Source: Filomicrobium sp. (GTDB lineage Bacteria; Pseudomonadota; Alphaproteobacteria; Rhizobiales; Hyphomicrobiaceae). Taken from it: a DNA stretch of 64,000 nt. Under the pieces are notes generated by a model. The model was not told the origin of the DNA, did not search any database, and worked only from the letters and a program-made list of their open reading frames with translations. Below, piece by piece: positions 31,153 to 41,843 of the stretch. The position numbers and the translations under genes are program-made. Numbering within the stretch: position 1 is the first letter of the stretch; each line of letters starts with the position of its first letter. The DNA lies in assembly GCA_965226995.1 (NCBI GenBank), contig CBDDFK010000009.1, positions 27,699 to 91,698 on the forward strand. Reading direction: 5' to 3'.

Positions 31153-31967
31153 ACCAGTTCACCGGTGCCGCCGGGTGTGTCGTCGAAACGGAAGTCGGCC
31201 CGGCTCACACCACGGCAGCCCAACGCGTGATGCGCCGCCAAGGTGTATTTCCGGATCAATTGGTTAATTTCCGGTTTAAGATCGGCCGGAATCTGGTGTC
31301 TGGAACCGCCCGGCGCGTACTTTGCTTCGAAATCGTAGAAAGCCAGCCCCTCGGCCGGTAGGATTTCGGTAATCGCGCTGGCCTCCCCGGCAATCACCGC
31401 GCAGGTCAGTTCGCGGCCGGCAACGTAACGCTCCACCATCACCATCTGATCGGCAGGTCCGCCCTCGAGGATGGGGGCAGTCGGCGCCGATGCGTCGCGG
31501 ATGACGGTGACACCAACGCTCGAACCTTCCGCGACCGGCTTCACGACATAGGGCGGCGGCAGCACGTGGCGAGAAGCCGCTTCCTGCCGCGTGACCAGCC
31601 GGGCCTCGGCCACCGGAACGCCGGCCGGACGCAGCACGTCCTTCGCCCGCTCCTTGTGCATGGCAATAGCCGAGGCCAGGACGCCGGAATGCGTATAGGG
31701 GATCTGCAGTGCTTCCAGGATTCCCTGCAGGCAGCCGTCCTCGCCGAATTCCCCGTGCAGCGCGTTGAAGCAGACGTCGGGCCGCTCGGCTGCCAACCGC
31801 TGGGCGATGTCGCGCCCGACGTCAATTTTCTCGACTGTGTAGCCTTCGCCGGCCAGCGCGTCGGCCACCGCCGCCCCGGACCTCAATGAGATCTCGCGCT
31901 CCGCCGACCAGCCACCGTAGAGAACGGCCACGCGGTTGAATGACCTTGGCGGCGCCGCAGGCAGCAT
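31017..31967 (-). CDS. ddl: D-alanine--D-alanine ligase
   Basis: ATG at 31967 (MLPAAPP...RVAVLYGGWSAEREISL). Motifs HGEFGEDGCLQG, EVNTQPGMT. Confidence 0.9.
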   Translation of the reverse strand: MLPAAPPRSFNRVAVLYGGWSAEREISLRSGAAVADALAGEGYTVEKIDVGRDIAQRLAAERPDVCFNALHGEFGEDGCLQGILEALQIPYTHSGVLASAIAMHKERAKDVLRPAGVPVAEARLVTRQEAASRHVLPPPYVVKPVAEGSSVGVTVIRDASAPTAPILEGGPADQMVMVERYVAGRELTCAVIAGEASAITEILPAEGLAFYDFEAKYAPGGSRHQIPADLKPEINQLIRKYTLAAHHALGCRGVSRADFRFDDTPGGTGELVCLEVNTQPGMTATSLVPELAQYAGWSFGELVRWIVEDASCKRSV

Positions 31968-32025
31968 ATCGAAAACCTCTGAAATGTGCGGCGACGCTTG
32001 CCGCCGGTGGGTGATGAGAACGCTC

Positions 32026-33003
32026 TTACGAGCCGGAGACCGCCTCGGCCGGAAGCGCCAGGGCTTCCCCGGTCTCACCGCCGTCGCCCGGTTCGCCCAG
32101 ACGAATGATCTCCCACTTCAACTCCACGCCCGAGTTGGCCTTGACGCGCGCGCGCACCGTCTCGCCCAATGTCTCGAGATCGGTTCCCGTCGCGCCGTCG
32201 GTGTTGATGAGGAAGTTACAGTGCATCTCCGACACCATCGCTCCGCCGACACGGAACCCCCGGCAACCCGCGGCATCGACGAGCTTCCACGCACTATGGC
32301 CTTCCGGGTTCTTGAACGTCGAGCCTCCGGTTCGCTCGCGGATCGGCTGGTTCTGCTCGCGGTACTCGGCGACCTCTTCCATCTGCCGCTGGATTTCGGC
32401 CGGATCGCCCGGCACGCCCCTGAAGGTGGCGGAAGTGAAAATCACGTCCTTGGGCACGCCGCAGTGCCGGTAGGCGAAACCCATATCGGCGTTGGTGTAG
32501 TCGCGAATGTTGCCCTGCCGGTCGATGCCGCGGGCGCTTTCGAGCACATCCTTGGTCTCGCCGCCGTGCGCTCCGGCGTTCATCCGCAACGCACCTCCGA
32601 TCGACCCAGGAATACCGCGATAGAAGTGCAGTCCGGCGATCCCCGCTTCGGCCGCCGCGCGCGCCGCCTTGACGTCCGGCACAGCCGTGCCCACGCGCAA
32701 CCGGTGACCGTCGAGCACCTCGATCTGACCGAACCCGCGACCAAGCCGGACAACAACGCCGGGAACGCCGCCGTCGCGAACCAGCAGGTTGGAACCCAGT
32801 CCGAGCGGGAACACCGGCACTTCGGCCGGCACATTCGCGAGGAAGTACGCCAGATCCGCTTCGTCGGCGGGCGTGTACAGCACTTGCGCCGGGCCGCCCA
32901 CACGAAACCACGTGATCTCGGACAGTTCGGCATTCGCGCGAAGCCGCCCGCGTAAGTCCGGCAAGAGCTTGGAGAGATCCTCCGTCAGATCGGCGAATGC
33001 CAT
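32026..33003 (-). CDS. murB: UDP-N-acetylenolpyruvoylglucosamine reductase
   Basis: ATG at 33003, 5 nt after the murC stop. Motifs [26 protein letters not shown]. Confidence 0.9.
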   Translation of the reverse strand: MAFADLTEDLSKLLPDLRGRLRANAELSEITWFRVGGPAQVLYTPADEADLAYFLANVPAEVPVFPLGLGSNLLVRDGGVPGVVVRLGRGFGQIEVLDGHRLRVGTAVPDVKAARAAAEAGIAGLHFYRGIPGSIGGALRMNAGAHGGETKDVLESARGIDRQGNIRDYTNADMGFAYRHCGVPKDVIFTSATFRGVPGDPAEIQRQMEEVAEYREQNQPIRERTGGSTFKNPEGHSAWKLVDAAGCRGFRVGGAMVSEMHCNFLINTDGATGTDLETLGETVRARVKANSGVELKWEIIRLGEPGDGGETGEALALPAEAVSGS

Positions 33004-33007
33004 GGCC

Positions 33008-34441
33008 TCACTCCCCCGCGAGCCGGGGCTCTTCGCCCAGCCACAGCGGCAGCGCGTTGGCCCATTCCGTCGACGTGCCGGCACCCAGGCAGACAATGAC
33101 GTCCCCCGGCCGGCCATAGCGCTGCACCAGCCCGGCGATTTCGCGCGGATCGTCGATGGCAAGCACGGACCGGTGCCCTGCGCCTTTGATCCCCTCCGCG
33201 ATGGAGCGCTGATCGATTCCCGCGACGGGCGCCTCCCCGGCGGTGTAGAGCGGCGCGACGACGACGCTGTCCGCATCCTCGAAACAGGCGCAGAACGCGC
33301 CCCAGAGACTCTGAATACGGCTATAGCGGTGCGGTTCGAATACGGCCACGACACGGCCTTTGGTGCCGCTGCGAGCGGCCTTCAGAACGGCCGCGATCTC
33401 CACCGGGTGGTGGGCGTAGTCGTCGAAGATGGCGACCCCGTTCCACTGGCCGGTAAGCTGGAAACGCCGCTTGACGCCGGAGAAGCTCGCCAGCGCCTTA
33501 CGCAGAGCCTCATCGGAAACTCCGGTCGAAACGGCAACGCCGATTGCCGCCAGCGCATTGAGCGCGTTGTGATGTCCCGGCGCGGCCAACCTCAACCCTT
33601 CGAGCCGGCGCGGTGCACCGCCGGTGACCTGCTCGCCGAGTTCGACGTCCATGACCGTGACATGACCGTCCGGCGCCATCCGGGTGACGCGGATATCTGC
33701 TTCCGCCGCCTGCCCATAGGTGAAGATGCGGCGGCCGTCCTGCTTCAGCCCCAGCCGCTCGATCATCTCGGCCACCACCGGATGATCGATACAGGCAACC
33801 ACGAGCCCATAGAAAGGAATGTTGCGCATGAACGTCTCATACGCAGCGTTCATGGCTTCCACGCTGCCGTAGTAGTCGAGATGTTCGGGATCGCAGTTGG
33901 TCACAATGCCGATCTGCGTCGGTAGTCGCGTGAAAGTGCCGTCGGATTCGTCGGCCTCAACCACCATCCACTTGCCGGTGCCCAACCGCGCGTTGGACCC
34001 CCAGTCCTGAATGATTCCGCCGGCAATCACCGTGGGCTCGACGCCAGCCGAAGTCAGGATGTGCGCGATCAGCGAAGTCGTGGACGTCTTGCCGTGCGTG
34101 CCCGTGACCGAGATTGTCGAATAAAGCCGCATCAGTTCGGCCAGCATCTCGGCGCGGCGGATAATCGGCAGGCCTTTTCTGCGCGCCGCCGCCAGCTCGG
34201 GATTGGTGTCCTTGACCGCCGATGAGATCACGACCTGGCGCGCGCCGACAAGATTGACTGCGTCATGCCCGATGAAGACGCGCACGCCGCGGGCGCGCAG
34301 ACGTTTAACATTGGCCGAATCGCGCTGGTCGCTGCCTTGGACCGAATAACCCTTGTCGATCAGGATCTCGGCAATGGCACTCATGCCGATGCCGCCGATT
34401 CCGATGATGTGAAAAGTCCCGGTCTCGCTGGGCATTTCCAT
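33008..34441 (-). CDS. murC: UDP-N-acetylmuramate--L-alanine ligase
   Basis: Motifs [37 protein letters not shown]. Confidence 0.95.
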   Translation of the reverse strand: MEMPSETGTFHIIGIGGIGMSAIAEILIDKGYSVQGSDQRDSANVKRLRARGVRVFIGHDAVNLVGARQVVISSAVKDTNPELAAARRKGLPIIRRAEMLAELMRLYSTISVTGTHGKTSTTSLIAHILTSAGVEPTVIAGGIIQDWGSNARLGTGKWMVVEADESDGTFTRLPTQIGIVTNCDPEHLDYYGSVEAMNAAYETFMRNIPFYGLVVACIDHPVVAEMIERLGLKQDGRRIFTYGQAAEADIRVTRMAPDGHVTVMDVELGEQVTGGAPRRLEGLRLAAPGHHNALNALAAIGVAVSTGVSDEALRKALASFSGVKRRFQLTGQWNGVAIFDDYAHHPVEIAAVLKAARSGTKGRVVAVFEPHRYSRIQSLWGAFCACFEDADSVVVAPLYTAGEAPVAGIDQRSIAEGIKGAGHRSVLAIDDPREIAGLVQRYGRPGDVIVCLGAGTSTEWANALPLWLGEEPRLAGE

Positions 34442-34666
34442 CGTGATTGTCTTCCCTCATCTTGAACCGGCCCACTGCCGGCTCGAATGAAACGCCCCGT
34501 TTTGCCGCCCGCCCGATCCAGGCCACCTCCGAACGGCTGTTCTTTTGCGACGCGATTACAGCGCATCCAAGGCGCAACCTGTTCCCTGACAGGTGCCCGA
34601 TACCCCTACCCGGCGTCGCGTCGCTCCCCCCCTCTCGAACGCACGCTCGCCGCCACGTCCCGCGAC

Positions 34667-35785
34667 CTAACTCTGGCCCGGCCCCATGCCCGCGAGGTCG
34701 GCCACCAAGTCGGCCAGGCGTTGCACCGCATCGGGACGCCCCTGTCCCTTTGCCGCCGAGGCCGCTTCGAGAAGTAGCCCCGGCCGCCGGATAAGCGCCT
34801 CGATTTCGCCGGCGAGGCGCTCCGCGCTCAAGTCCTTCTGTTCGATACACCAAGCGCCGCCTGATTCGGCAAGTTGTACAGCATTTTGAAGCTGATCGTT
34901 GTCAAGCGCGTGTGGCAGCGGCACCAGGATTGACGGGCGGCCCATCACCGTCAACTCGGCGATGGTCGATGCGCCCGCCCGCGCGATCACAAGATGCGCG
35001 GATGCCATGAGATCCGGCAGGTTGGCGAAAAAGGGAGCGACTTCGGCGGCGATACCGCAGGCAGCGTAAGCCTGCCGCACGCGTTCGAGATCCTCCTCGC
35101 GCGCCTGCTGGACGACGCTGAGCCGGCGGCGGATAGCCTCAGGCAGTCGCGCCAGCGCCGGCGGGACGGTATCGGAGAAATATCGCGCTCCCTGTGAACC
35201 GCCGAAAACCAAAAGGCGCGCAGGTTCATCGGGACCGAGCGCCCAGTAAGGCCGCTGCGCCGCCTGCAACACCACGTCACGCACCGGATTTCCCGTGAAG
35301 CGCGCCTTCGCCTCCAGGCCATCCATGAACTTGACGCGCTCGAAGCTGGTCGCCACGACATCGACGCGCTGCGCCAGCATACGGTTGGCGCGCCCCAGCA
35401 CGGCGTTTTGCTCGTGCAGGGCGGTTTTGATACCGCGCAGTTTTGCTGCCATGATCGGCGGAAACGAGGGGTAGCCGCCAAACCCGACAACGACCGACGG
35501 ACGGATCTGCCCGATCACACCGACGGCCGCGGCGATGCCCCGCGACAACGTCCACACGGTCTGCGCCACGGCGACCGGCGACTTGCTGGCAAGCGTCGCT
35601 GACGGGATTTTATGTATGGCCCGCGCCGGGAATCCCGTGCCGTAGCGATCCCCGCGCATATCCGTCGCCAGATCGACGATGATGCCGCGCCGGGCGAGTT
35701 CTTCCGAGAGCGCGTAGGCCGGGAACAGATGACCACCCGTCCCTCCGGCAGCCAGCAGCACACAGGGCGTATTATCGTTGTCCAT
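34667..35785 (-). CDS. murG: undecaprenyldiphospho-muramoylpentapeptide beta-N-acetylglucosaminyltransferase
   Basis: ATG at 35785 (MDNDNTPCVLLAAGGTGGHLFPA). Motifs FGGSQGA, ARAGASTIAE. Confidence 0.9.
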   Translation of the reverse strand: MDNDNTPCVLLAAGGTGGHLFPAYALSEELARRGIIVDLATDMRGDRYGTGFPARAIHKIPSATLASKSPVAVAQTVWTLSRGIAAAVGVIGQIRPSVVVGFGGYPSFPPIMAAKLRGIKTALHEQNAVLGRANRMLAQRVDVVATSFERVKFMDGLEAKARFTGNPVRDVVLQAAQRPYWALGPDEPARLLVFGGSQGARYFSDTVPPALARLPEAIRRRLSVVQQAREEDLERVRQAYAACGIAAEVAPFFANLPDLMASAHLVIARAGASTIAELTVMGRPSILVPLPHALDNDQLQNAVQLAESGGAWCIEQKDLSAERLAGEIEALIRRPGLLLEAASAAKGQGRPDAVQRLADLVADLAGMGPGQS

Positions 35786-35888
35786 CGGCTCCCTCGCGCC
35801 GAAAGCGGATCGGTTGCAGGCCCGCTGCCGGCTGTTCTTCCCCCACGACCGCGACCGCCAGTGCGCCGGTGTCGCGATCTTCCCGCCG

Positions 35889-37049
35889 CTACCCCATCTT
35901 CCCGGCGACCGCCGGTTCATAGCCGCCGGTCTCGTAACTCGCCGGATCGGCGCGCCGACGCGTCAGCGCCAACAACATGCCGAGCGCGACGGAAATCGCA
36001 AGTATCGATGAACCGCCAGCGGAAATGAACGGCAGCGTCATGCCCGTCGCCGGCATGAGCCCGACGTTGACGCCCATGTTGATCAGCGCCTGCAGACCGA
36101 ACATCACCGCCAGCCCCTGGATCGCCAGACGGTTCGCCGGACGCGGCTCACCGAGCGCGGAGATCAGGGCCTTTATGACGATGAACGCAATTAGCATGGC
36201 AAGCGCGAGGCAGGCGATCGCGCCGTATTCCTCCGCGATGACGGCGAAGATGAAGTCCGTGTGCGCATCGGGGAGATTGTTCTTGATCGTCCCTTCCCCC
36301 GGCCCCTGGCCGAAGAAGCCGCCTTGGGTAAACGACTCCATCGCGCGCGCCACCTGCGAGTTCTCTGCCGGACCGGCAAACAAAAAGCGGTCGATGCGGC
36401 CGGCCACGTGCGGGAAAATCAGGTAGGCGACCACCAGCCCGGCGACACCGAGCCCCGCGAGCAGTGCCGCGCCGATGAGCGGCAGCCCCGCCAACAGGTA
36501 AAGCACGCCCCACATCGTCGCCACCAGCGTCGTCTGCCCGACATCCGGTTGCAGCACGAGGAGGCCGCAGAACAGGAGCCCGCTTGCGATCGCGATGGCC
36601 AGCGCCGGCATATCCGGACGCCGTCGCGCCTCCGCGAACAGCCAGGCGATGAACAGGACGAAGCCCGGCTTGGCGAACTCCGACGGCTGCAGCGAAAAAC
36701 CGCCGACGAAGAGCCATCGCCGCGCGCCGTTGATCACCGGGCTGTCGAACAGCACCCAAACGAGCACAACGAGTGCGGCGAAGAATAATCCGAGCCCGAC
36801 GCGCCGCGCCTGCGAAGGTGTCAGGAACGACAGCGCGATCATGGCTGCGAAACCGAGCCCGGTGAACAGCATGTGCCGCTGGAAGAAGTAGAAGGTCGGC
36901 AGCCCCTTGTTGATCGCCACCGCCGGGCTCGCCGCCAACGACAGAACGAGGCCGGCCAGCATCAGAATGCTGACGGCGACGATCAGCACGTGGTCGACGG
37001 TGAACCACCATTCCGCCAGCCGGCTACGGTCGGCCCGCGAAAAGCTCAT
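35889..37049 (-). CDS. ftsW: peptidoglycan glycosyltransferase FtsW (SEDS family)
   Basis: Multi-TM SEDS pattern (QPSEFAKP, HTDFIFAVIAEE, GMTLPFISAGGSS). Position within the dcw cluster. Confidence 0.9.
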   Translation of the reverse strand: MSFSRADRSRLAEWWFTVDHVLIVAVSILMLAGLVLSLAASPAVAINKGLPTFYFFQRHMLFTGLGFAAMIALSFLTPSQARRVGLGLFFAALVVLVWVLFDSPVINGARRWLFVGGFSLQPSEFAKPGFVLFIAWLFAEARRRPDMPALAIAIASGLLFCGLLVLQPDVGQTTLVATMWGVLYLLAGLPLIGAALLAGLGVAGLVVAYLIFPHVAGRIDRFLFAGPAENSQVARAMESFTQGGFFGQGPGEGTIKNNLPDAHTDFIFAVIAEEYGAIACLALAMLIAFIVIKALISALGEPRPANRLAIQGLAVMFGLQALINMGVNVGLMPATGMTLPFISAGGSSILAISVALGMLLALTRRRADPASYETGGYEPAVAGKMG

Positions 37050-37182
37050 GGCGCCGCTCCTGATTCAAAGGGTCAGATCGACCGGCACCCTAATATGATT
37101 CCCTGCCAGGAAGCGCATGGCCCCGAGCGCATGAGCCCAGGAACCTTGCCCAACGACAATTGAAACCGGCGGGGAACGCGCC

Positions 37183-38265
37183 TCAGCGCAGCTTCAAGGT
37201 CGCCAGACCGATCAGCGCCAGCACCACCGAAATAATCCAGAAGCGCACAACGACCGTCGATTCCTTCCACCCCTTCTGCTCGAAGTGGTGATGCAGCGGC
37301 GCCATCCGGAACACCCGCTTGCCGGTCAACTTGAAGGACGTGACCTGGATGATCACCGAAAGCGTTTCGAGCACGAACAGCCCGCCGACAATCGCCAGAA
37401 CGATTTCGTGCTTGGTCGCCACCGCGATCGAGCCGAGCGCCCCGCCCAGCGCCAGCGAACCGGTATCTCCCATGAAGATCATGGCCGGCGGGGCATTGAA
37501 CCACAAGAAGCCGAGCCCGGCCCCGATCAGCGCACCGCACACGATGGCCAGTTCGCCCGTGCCCTCGATGAAATGGATCTGCAGATAGTTGGCGAATTTG
37601 AAGTTGCCGGAGAGGTAGGCGATCAGCCCGAATGTCGCCGCGGCGATCATCACCGGCACGATCGCGAGCCCGTCGAGACCGTCCGTCAGGTTCACCGCGT
37701 TGCCCGCGCCGGCGATTACGAGAACCCCGAGCAGGATGAAGAACGGCCCAAGTTCGATCAGCAGGTCCTTGAAGAACGGCACCGTCAGCGCCGATGCGAA
37801 TTCCGGTTCCGCCAGCCGCATAATGCCGTAGGTCGCCATGCCCGCGACCGCCAGTTCGGCCGTGAGACGCAGTTTACTCGAGAAGCCGGACGCCGACTGC
37901 TTGGTGACCTTGAGATAATCGTCCCAGAAACCGATGAGGCCGAACGCGCATGTCACGAGCAGCACGATCCAGACGTACATGTTTTGCAGGTTCGCCCAGA
38001 GGAGCGTCGACACCAGCACGCCCGAAAGGATCATCAGCCCACCCATCGTCGGCGTGCCGCGCTTGGCGAGATGGCTCTGCGGCCCGTCCGAGCGGATCGG
38101 CTGGCCCTTGCCCTGGCGGACGCGCAACAGGTCGATGATGCCCGGCCCGAACAGGAGGACGAAGATGAGCGCGGTGAAGATCGCTCCGCCCGTCCGGAAG
38201 GTGATGTAGCGGAAAACGTTCAACGGACCGAGTTGGTCCGAGAAGTTCACCAGTTCATAGAGCAT
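37183..38265 (-). CDS. mraY: phospho-N-acetylmuramoyl-pentapeptide transferase
   Basis: Motifs [42 protein letters not shown]. Confidence 0.95.
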   Translation of the reverse strand: MLYELVNFSDQLGPLNVFRYITFRTGGAIFTALIFVLLFGPGIIDLLRVRQGKGQPIRSDGPQSHLAKRGTPTMGGLMILSGVLVSTLLWANLQNMYVWIVLLVTCAFGLIGFWDDYLKVTKQSASGFSSKLRLTAELAVAGMATYGIMRLAEPEFASALTVPFFKDLLIELGPFFILLGVLVIAGAGNAVNLTDGLDGLAIVPVMIAAATFGLIAYLSGNFKFANYLQIHFIEGTGELAIVCGALIGAGLGFLWFNAPPAMIFMGDTGSLALGGALGSIAVATKHEIVLAIVGGLFVLETLSVIIQVTSFKLTGKRVFRMAPLHHHFEQKGWKESTVVVRFWIISVVLALIGLATLKLR

Positions 38266-38396
38266 GCCGGTCCCTCGCCGTAGCGTCGTTCGTCATCGTG
38301 AAGCCATGCCGCGCCACTGATACGCCCCCCGGCCTCTTCGCTCTTCGTTATAGCCCGTCACCCGGACGGGCAACCCGCATTGGGGTGAGCCTTCGA

Positions 38397-41300
38397 TCAA
38401 GCTTGGAAGTGACGCCTTAGCGCCTCAGCCAGCTTCCAGGTCCGCGCTCCGTTCGAGCCCTTGATCGTAATCGCATCGCCTGGCCCGATTTCGGAGACGA
38501 TCTTCGCCTCCAGTTCCTCGGGCGTTTCGGCCCATCCGCCGCGCATCGGTTCCTCGAGCGCGTCGAACAGGGCCTTGCTCAGCCCACCTGCACAATAGAC
38601 CCTGTCGACGCCGGCGCGGCTCAGCACGGAAGCCAGATCGGCATGCAGGCGCGGGGCGTCGGAGCCAAGTTCGAGCATGTCGCCGACGATCGCGATTCGG
38701 CGCGGATGTTTGTCCCTTGGCTCGCTGGCAAGCACCGCGATGGCCGCCCGCATGGAGGCGGGATTGGCGTTGTAGCTCTCGTCGATCAGAAGCGCGCTGC
38801 CGCCATCGGGCAACCGCAAAGCGATGCGTTCGCCGCGCCCCTTCGGCGCCGCCATTGCGGACAGGGCAGGAAGGGCGCTCCGGTAATCGATCCCCAGCGC
38901 GGCCATCGCACCGAGTACCGCCAGCGCGTTGGTCACGTTGTGGCGCCCGGCGATGGCGAGATCGAACGCAACGTCCTCGCGGGATTTCGCCAGCCGCGCG
39001 ACTACATGGCTGCCACCCGGCACTTCCGAGAGGTCCTGAAGTGAAACCCGCGCGAACGGACTGGCACCGAAATCGCAGATCTGCGCATTCGCCTCTTTCG
39101 CCATATCCTTGAGATAGCCGAAGTAGTCGTTGTCGCGATTGAGGACGGCAATGCCGCCCGGTTCCAGCCCTTCCAGGATCTCGGCCTTCGCCGCGGCAAT
39201 CTCATCCACGCTGGCGAAATTCTCCAGATGCACGCCCGCCACGGTGGTGATGATCGCCGCGTGCGGGCGGACCATCCTGGTAAGCGGCGAAATCTCGCCG
39301 GCATGGTTCATACCGATCTCGAAAACCGCGAACCGGCTATCGGACGGCATGCGCGCCAATGTCAGCGGCACGCCGAGATGATTATTGAACGACTTATCGG
39401 CGGCATGCGTCGGCCCCAGGCGCGACAGGCAGGCGCGCAGCATCTCCTTGGTGGTTGTCTTCCCGACGCTGCCCGTGACCGCGATGACGCGCGCTTCGCC
39501 GCCGAGCCGGTTGCGCGCCGCGCAGCCAATGGCTTCGAGCCCCGCCAGCGTGTCCGCTACGCGGATCAGAGGCCCGTCGCCGGGCTTGCGCGCGTAGTCG
39601 TGGCGGACAAGCGCGGCCGCCGCCCCGGCCGCGAAGGCGTTGGCAACGAAGTCGTGGCCGTCGCGCCGGTCCGCCAGTGCAACGAACAGGTCGCCGGGAG
39701 CAATCGACCGGCTATCGATGGAAATCCCGTGGATCTCGCTCGTCGGCTGGCCTTCCGCGAAGCCGCCGCTTGCCGGCACGATGTCCGACCAGCGCCAGAG
39801 TACCGGCGCATCCGGCCGGATGCTCGGCGCCTCGGCGATGACCGGAGCATCGCTGCCGGCTGCCCCGGCGTCGGGCTCGGAAGATGCGCCGGTGAAATCG
39901 ACGGCCTGCGTTACGCCTGCGCCGTTCAGCGCCGCCGGGCTTTCGCTTACCGTTTCGCCCACGAGCTCAATGGGATCGGGCTGAAATCCGGCCTCGCCGC
40001 CTTCATCCTGCGGTGGCGATTCGCTGTGAACCAAAGGCGTGGCGAGCGCGCCCCAGTCGGCCGCAAGCGCCGCGATGGCTTCGCTGGCGACCTCTTGATC
40101 CGAGAACGGCAAAACCTTGTCCCCGACGATCTGGCCTGTTTCATGGCCTTTCCCGGCGATGAGGACGACATCGCCCTCGCCTATTTCTCCGATTGCCGCG
40201 AGGATCGCCTCGCGCCGGTCGCCGATCTCAACGCCGCCCGGACAGGCCTCCAGAATGGCCCGCCGAATGACTGCCGGCTGCTCGTTGCGCGGATTATCGT
40301 CGGTCACGATGACCTTGTCGGCTTTCTCCGCGGCGATGGCGCCCATGATCGGCCGCTTGCCCTGGTCCCGGTCGCCGCCGCATCCGAAGACGCAGGTGAG
40401 TTTCCCGGTCGCGAAGGGGCGCACGCCATCAAGCGCGGCCGCCAGGGCCTCCGGCTTGTGCGCGTAATCCACCACGACCAGCCCGCCGTTGACCTCGCCG
40501 ACGATCTCGAGCCGCCCGGAAACGCCGCGCAAGGTTTCAAGCGCGCCGAATACCGTTTCCGGTGCGGCGCCCGCCGCTATCGCGAGACCGGCGGCGACAA
40601 AGGCGTTCTCGATCTGATAATCGCCGATGAGTGGCAGGCTCACACCGAAACTCTGCCCGGCGTAGGTCCCGGCAACCTTCTGCGCGAAACCTTCCCGGAC
40701 CACCTCGCCGATGCTGATATCGCGACCGGCGCGCCCAACGCTCAAGACTGGAAGACCACGGCGCGATGCGGCGGCGGCGACCGCCTCCGATTGCGCGCCA
40801 TCGGCATTGACGACAACCGGGCACCCCTCCGGCAGCAGCTCCGTGAACAGACGCAGCTTCGCCTGCAGGTAATGGTCGAGCGTCGGATGATAATCGAGGT
40901 GATCGCGCCCCAGATTCGTGAAGGCCGCCGCCTTAAGGCGCACGCCATCGAGGCGATGCTGATCGAGCCCGTGCGATGAAGCTTCCATGGCCAGGTGGGT
41001 GACGCCTTCGCGCGCGAGTTCAGCCAGGGTCGCGTGCAGCGTGACGGGATCGGGCGTCGTCAGTCCGCCGTAGACCGAGCCGTCCGCGCGCACCACGCCA
41101 ATGGTCCCCACCGACGCCGCCTGCAGGCCCGCCGCGATCAAAAGCTGCCGGGTGAAGTCCGCGACCGATGTCTTACCGCTCGTGCCGGTGACCGCCACCA
41201 CGTTCTCAGGTTGCAGAGCATGAAAATTGGCCGCGTAACGCGCCAGATCGCGGCGGGGATTACCGCTGCGTATAACGGTGACTCCCGCAAGCTTTTCTGG

Positions 41301-41531
41301 AACGCGGGCAATATCGCTGACAAGGAGAGCCACCGCGCCGTTGGCGATGGCATCGTCAATGAACCGCGCCCCATCGACATTGGCACCGGGCAGCGCGGCG
41401 AACAGAAAACCGGGTTGAACCGCGCGGCTGTCGGCGGTCATCCCCGTGATTTCGGGGTCGGAACCGTCTCCGGCAATATGGAGGGGCAAGGGCCAGCGGC
41501 CGTCACCGGCAAGAAGCACAGAAAGTTTCAT
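38397..41531 (-). CDS. murE-murF: single-ORF fusion of MurE (meso-DAP-adding ligase) and MurF (D-Ala-D-Ala-adding ligase)
   Basis: 1044-aa uninterrupted frame. MurE part: ITGMTADSRAVQPGFLFAAL, VTGTSGKTS. Then an acidic low-complexity linker of about 85 aa. MurF part: IHGISIDSRSIAPGDLFVAL, VTGSVGKTTTKE. Confidence 0.85.
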   Translation of the reverse strand: MKLSVLLAGDGRWPLPLHIAGDGSDPEITGMTADSRAVQPGFLFAALPGANVDGARFIDDAIANGAVALLVSDIARVPEKLAGVTVIRSGNPRRDLARYAANFHALQPENVVAVTGTSGKTSVADFTRQLLIAAGLQAASVGTIGVVRADGSVYGGLTTPDPVTLHATLAELAREGVTHLAMEASSHGLDQHRLDGVRLKAAAFTNLGRDHLDYHPTLDHYLQAKLRLFTELLPEGCPVVVNADGAQSEAVAAAASRRGLPVLSVGRAGRDISIGEVVREGFAQKVAGTYAGQSFGVSLPLIGDYQIENAFVAAGLAIAAGAAPETVFGALETLRGVSGRLEIVGEVNGGLVVVDYAHKPEALAAALDGVRPFATGKLTCVFGCGGDRDQGKRPIMGAIAAEKADKVIVTDDNPRNEQPAVIRRAILEACPGGVEIGDRREAILAAIGEIGEGDVVLIAGKGHETGQIVGDKVLPFSDQEVASEAIAALAADWGALATPLVHSESPPQDEGGEAGFQPDPIELVGETVSESPAALNGAGVTQAVDFTGASSEPDAGAAGSDAPVIAEAPSIRPDAPVLWRWSDIVPASGGFAEGQPTSEIHGISIDSRSIAPGDLFVALADRRDGHDFVANAFAAGAAAALVRHDYARKPGDGPLIRVADTLAGLEAIGCAARNRLGGEARVIAVTGSVGKTTTKEMLRACLSRLGPTHAADKSFNNHLGVPLTLARMPSDSRFAVFEIGMNHAGEISPLTRMVRPHAAIITTVAGVHLENFASVDEIAAAKAEILEGLEPGGIAVLNRDNDYFGYLKDMAKEANAQICDFGASPFARVSLQDLSEVPGGSHVVARLAKSREDVAFDLAIAGRHNVTNALAVLGAMAALGIDYRSALPALSAMAAPKGRGERIALRLPDGGSALLIDESYNANPASMRAAIAVLASEPRDKHPRRIAIVGDMLELGSDAPRLHADLASVLSRAGVDRVYCAGGLSKALFDALEEPMRGGWAETPEELEAKIVSEIGPGDAITIKGSNGARTWKLAEALRRHFQA

Positions 41532-41843
41532 CGAGGCGCCCGCGTTGAGGCTCAGTCACGTCGTCGCTTCGCGCCAGCCGCCGCTTCAACGCGTCGCCGG
41601 CACACCGTGCTCACGGGCCAAGTGGGGCGCGCAAGAACTCGTATGCATCGGGGGCGACTCGCCGTGCGCCGACGGGCACGGCTTCTTATTGCGCGCGGAT
41701 TGGGGCGTCAAACAGCCCATTGGATAAGGTTTGTGTCCGGAACTGTTAAGCCGGAAGGACAAAGTCTAAGGCGCAACGGTCTACTGCCGCCACGAAACGT
41801 TCGCCCTGCGGACCGTTGGCCTGAAGCTCAGCACCGCCGCGTA

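Noticed and set aside
37050-37182. Degenerate murD remnant between mraY and ftsW
   Set aside because: Only 133 nt are available and no frame shows Mur-ligase-like residues. It is too short to be a recognisable pseudogene.
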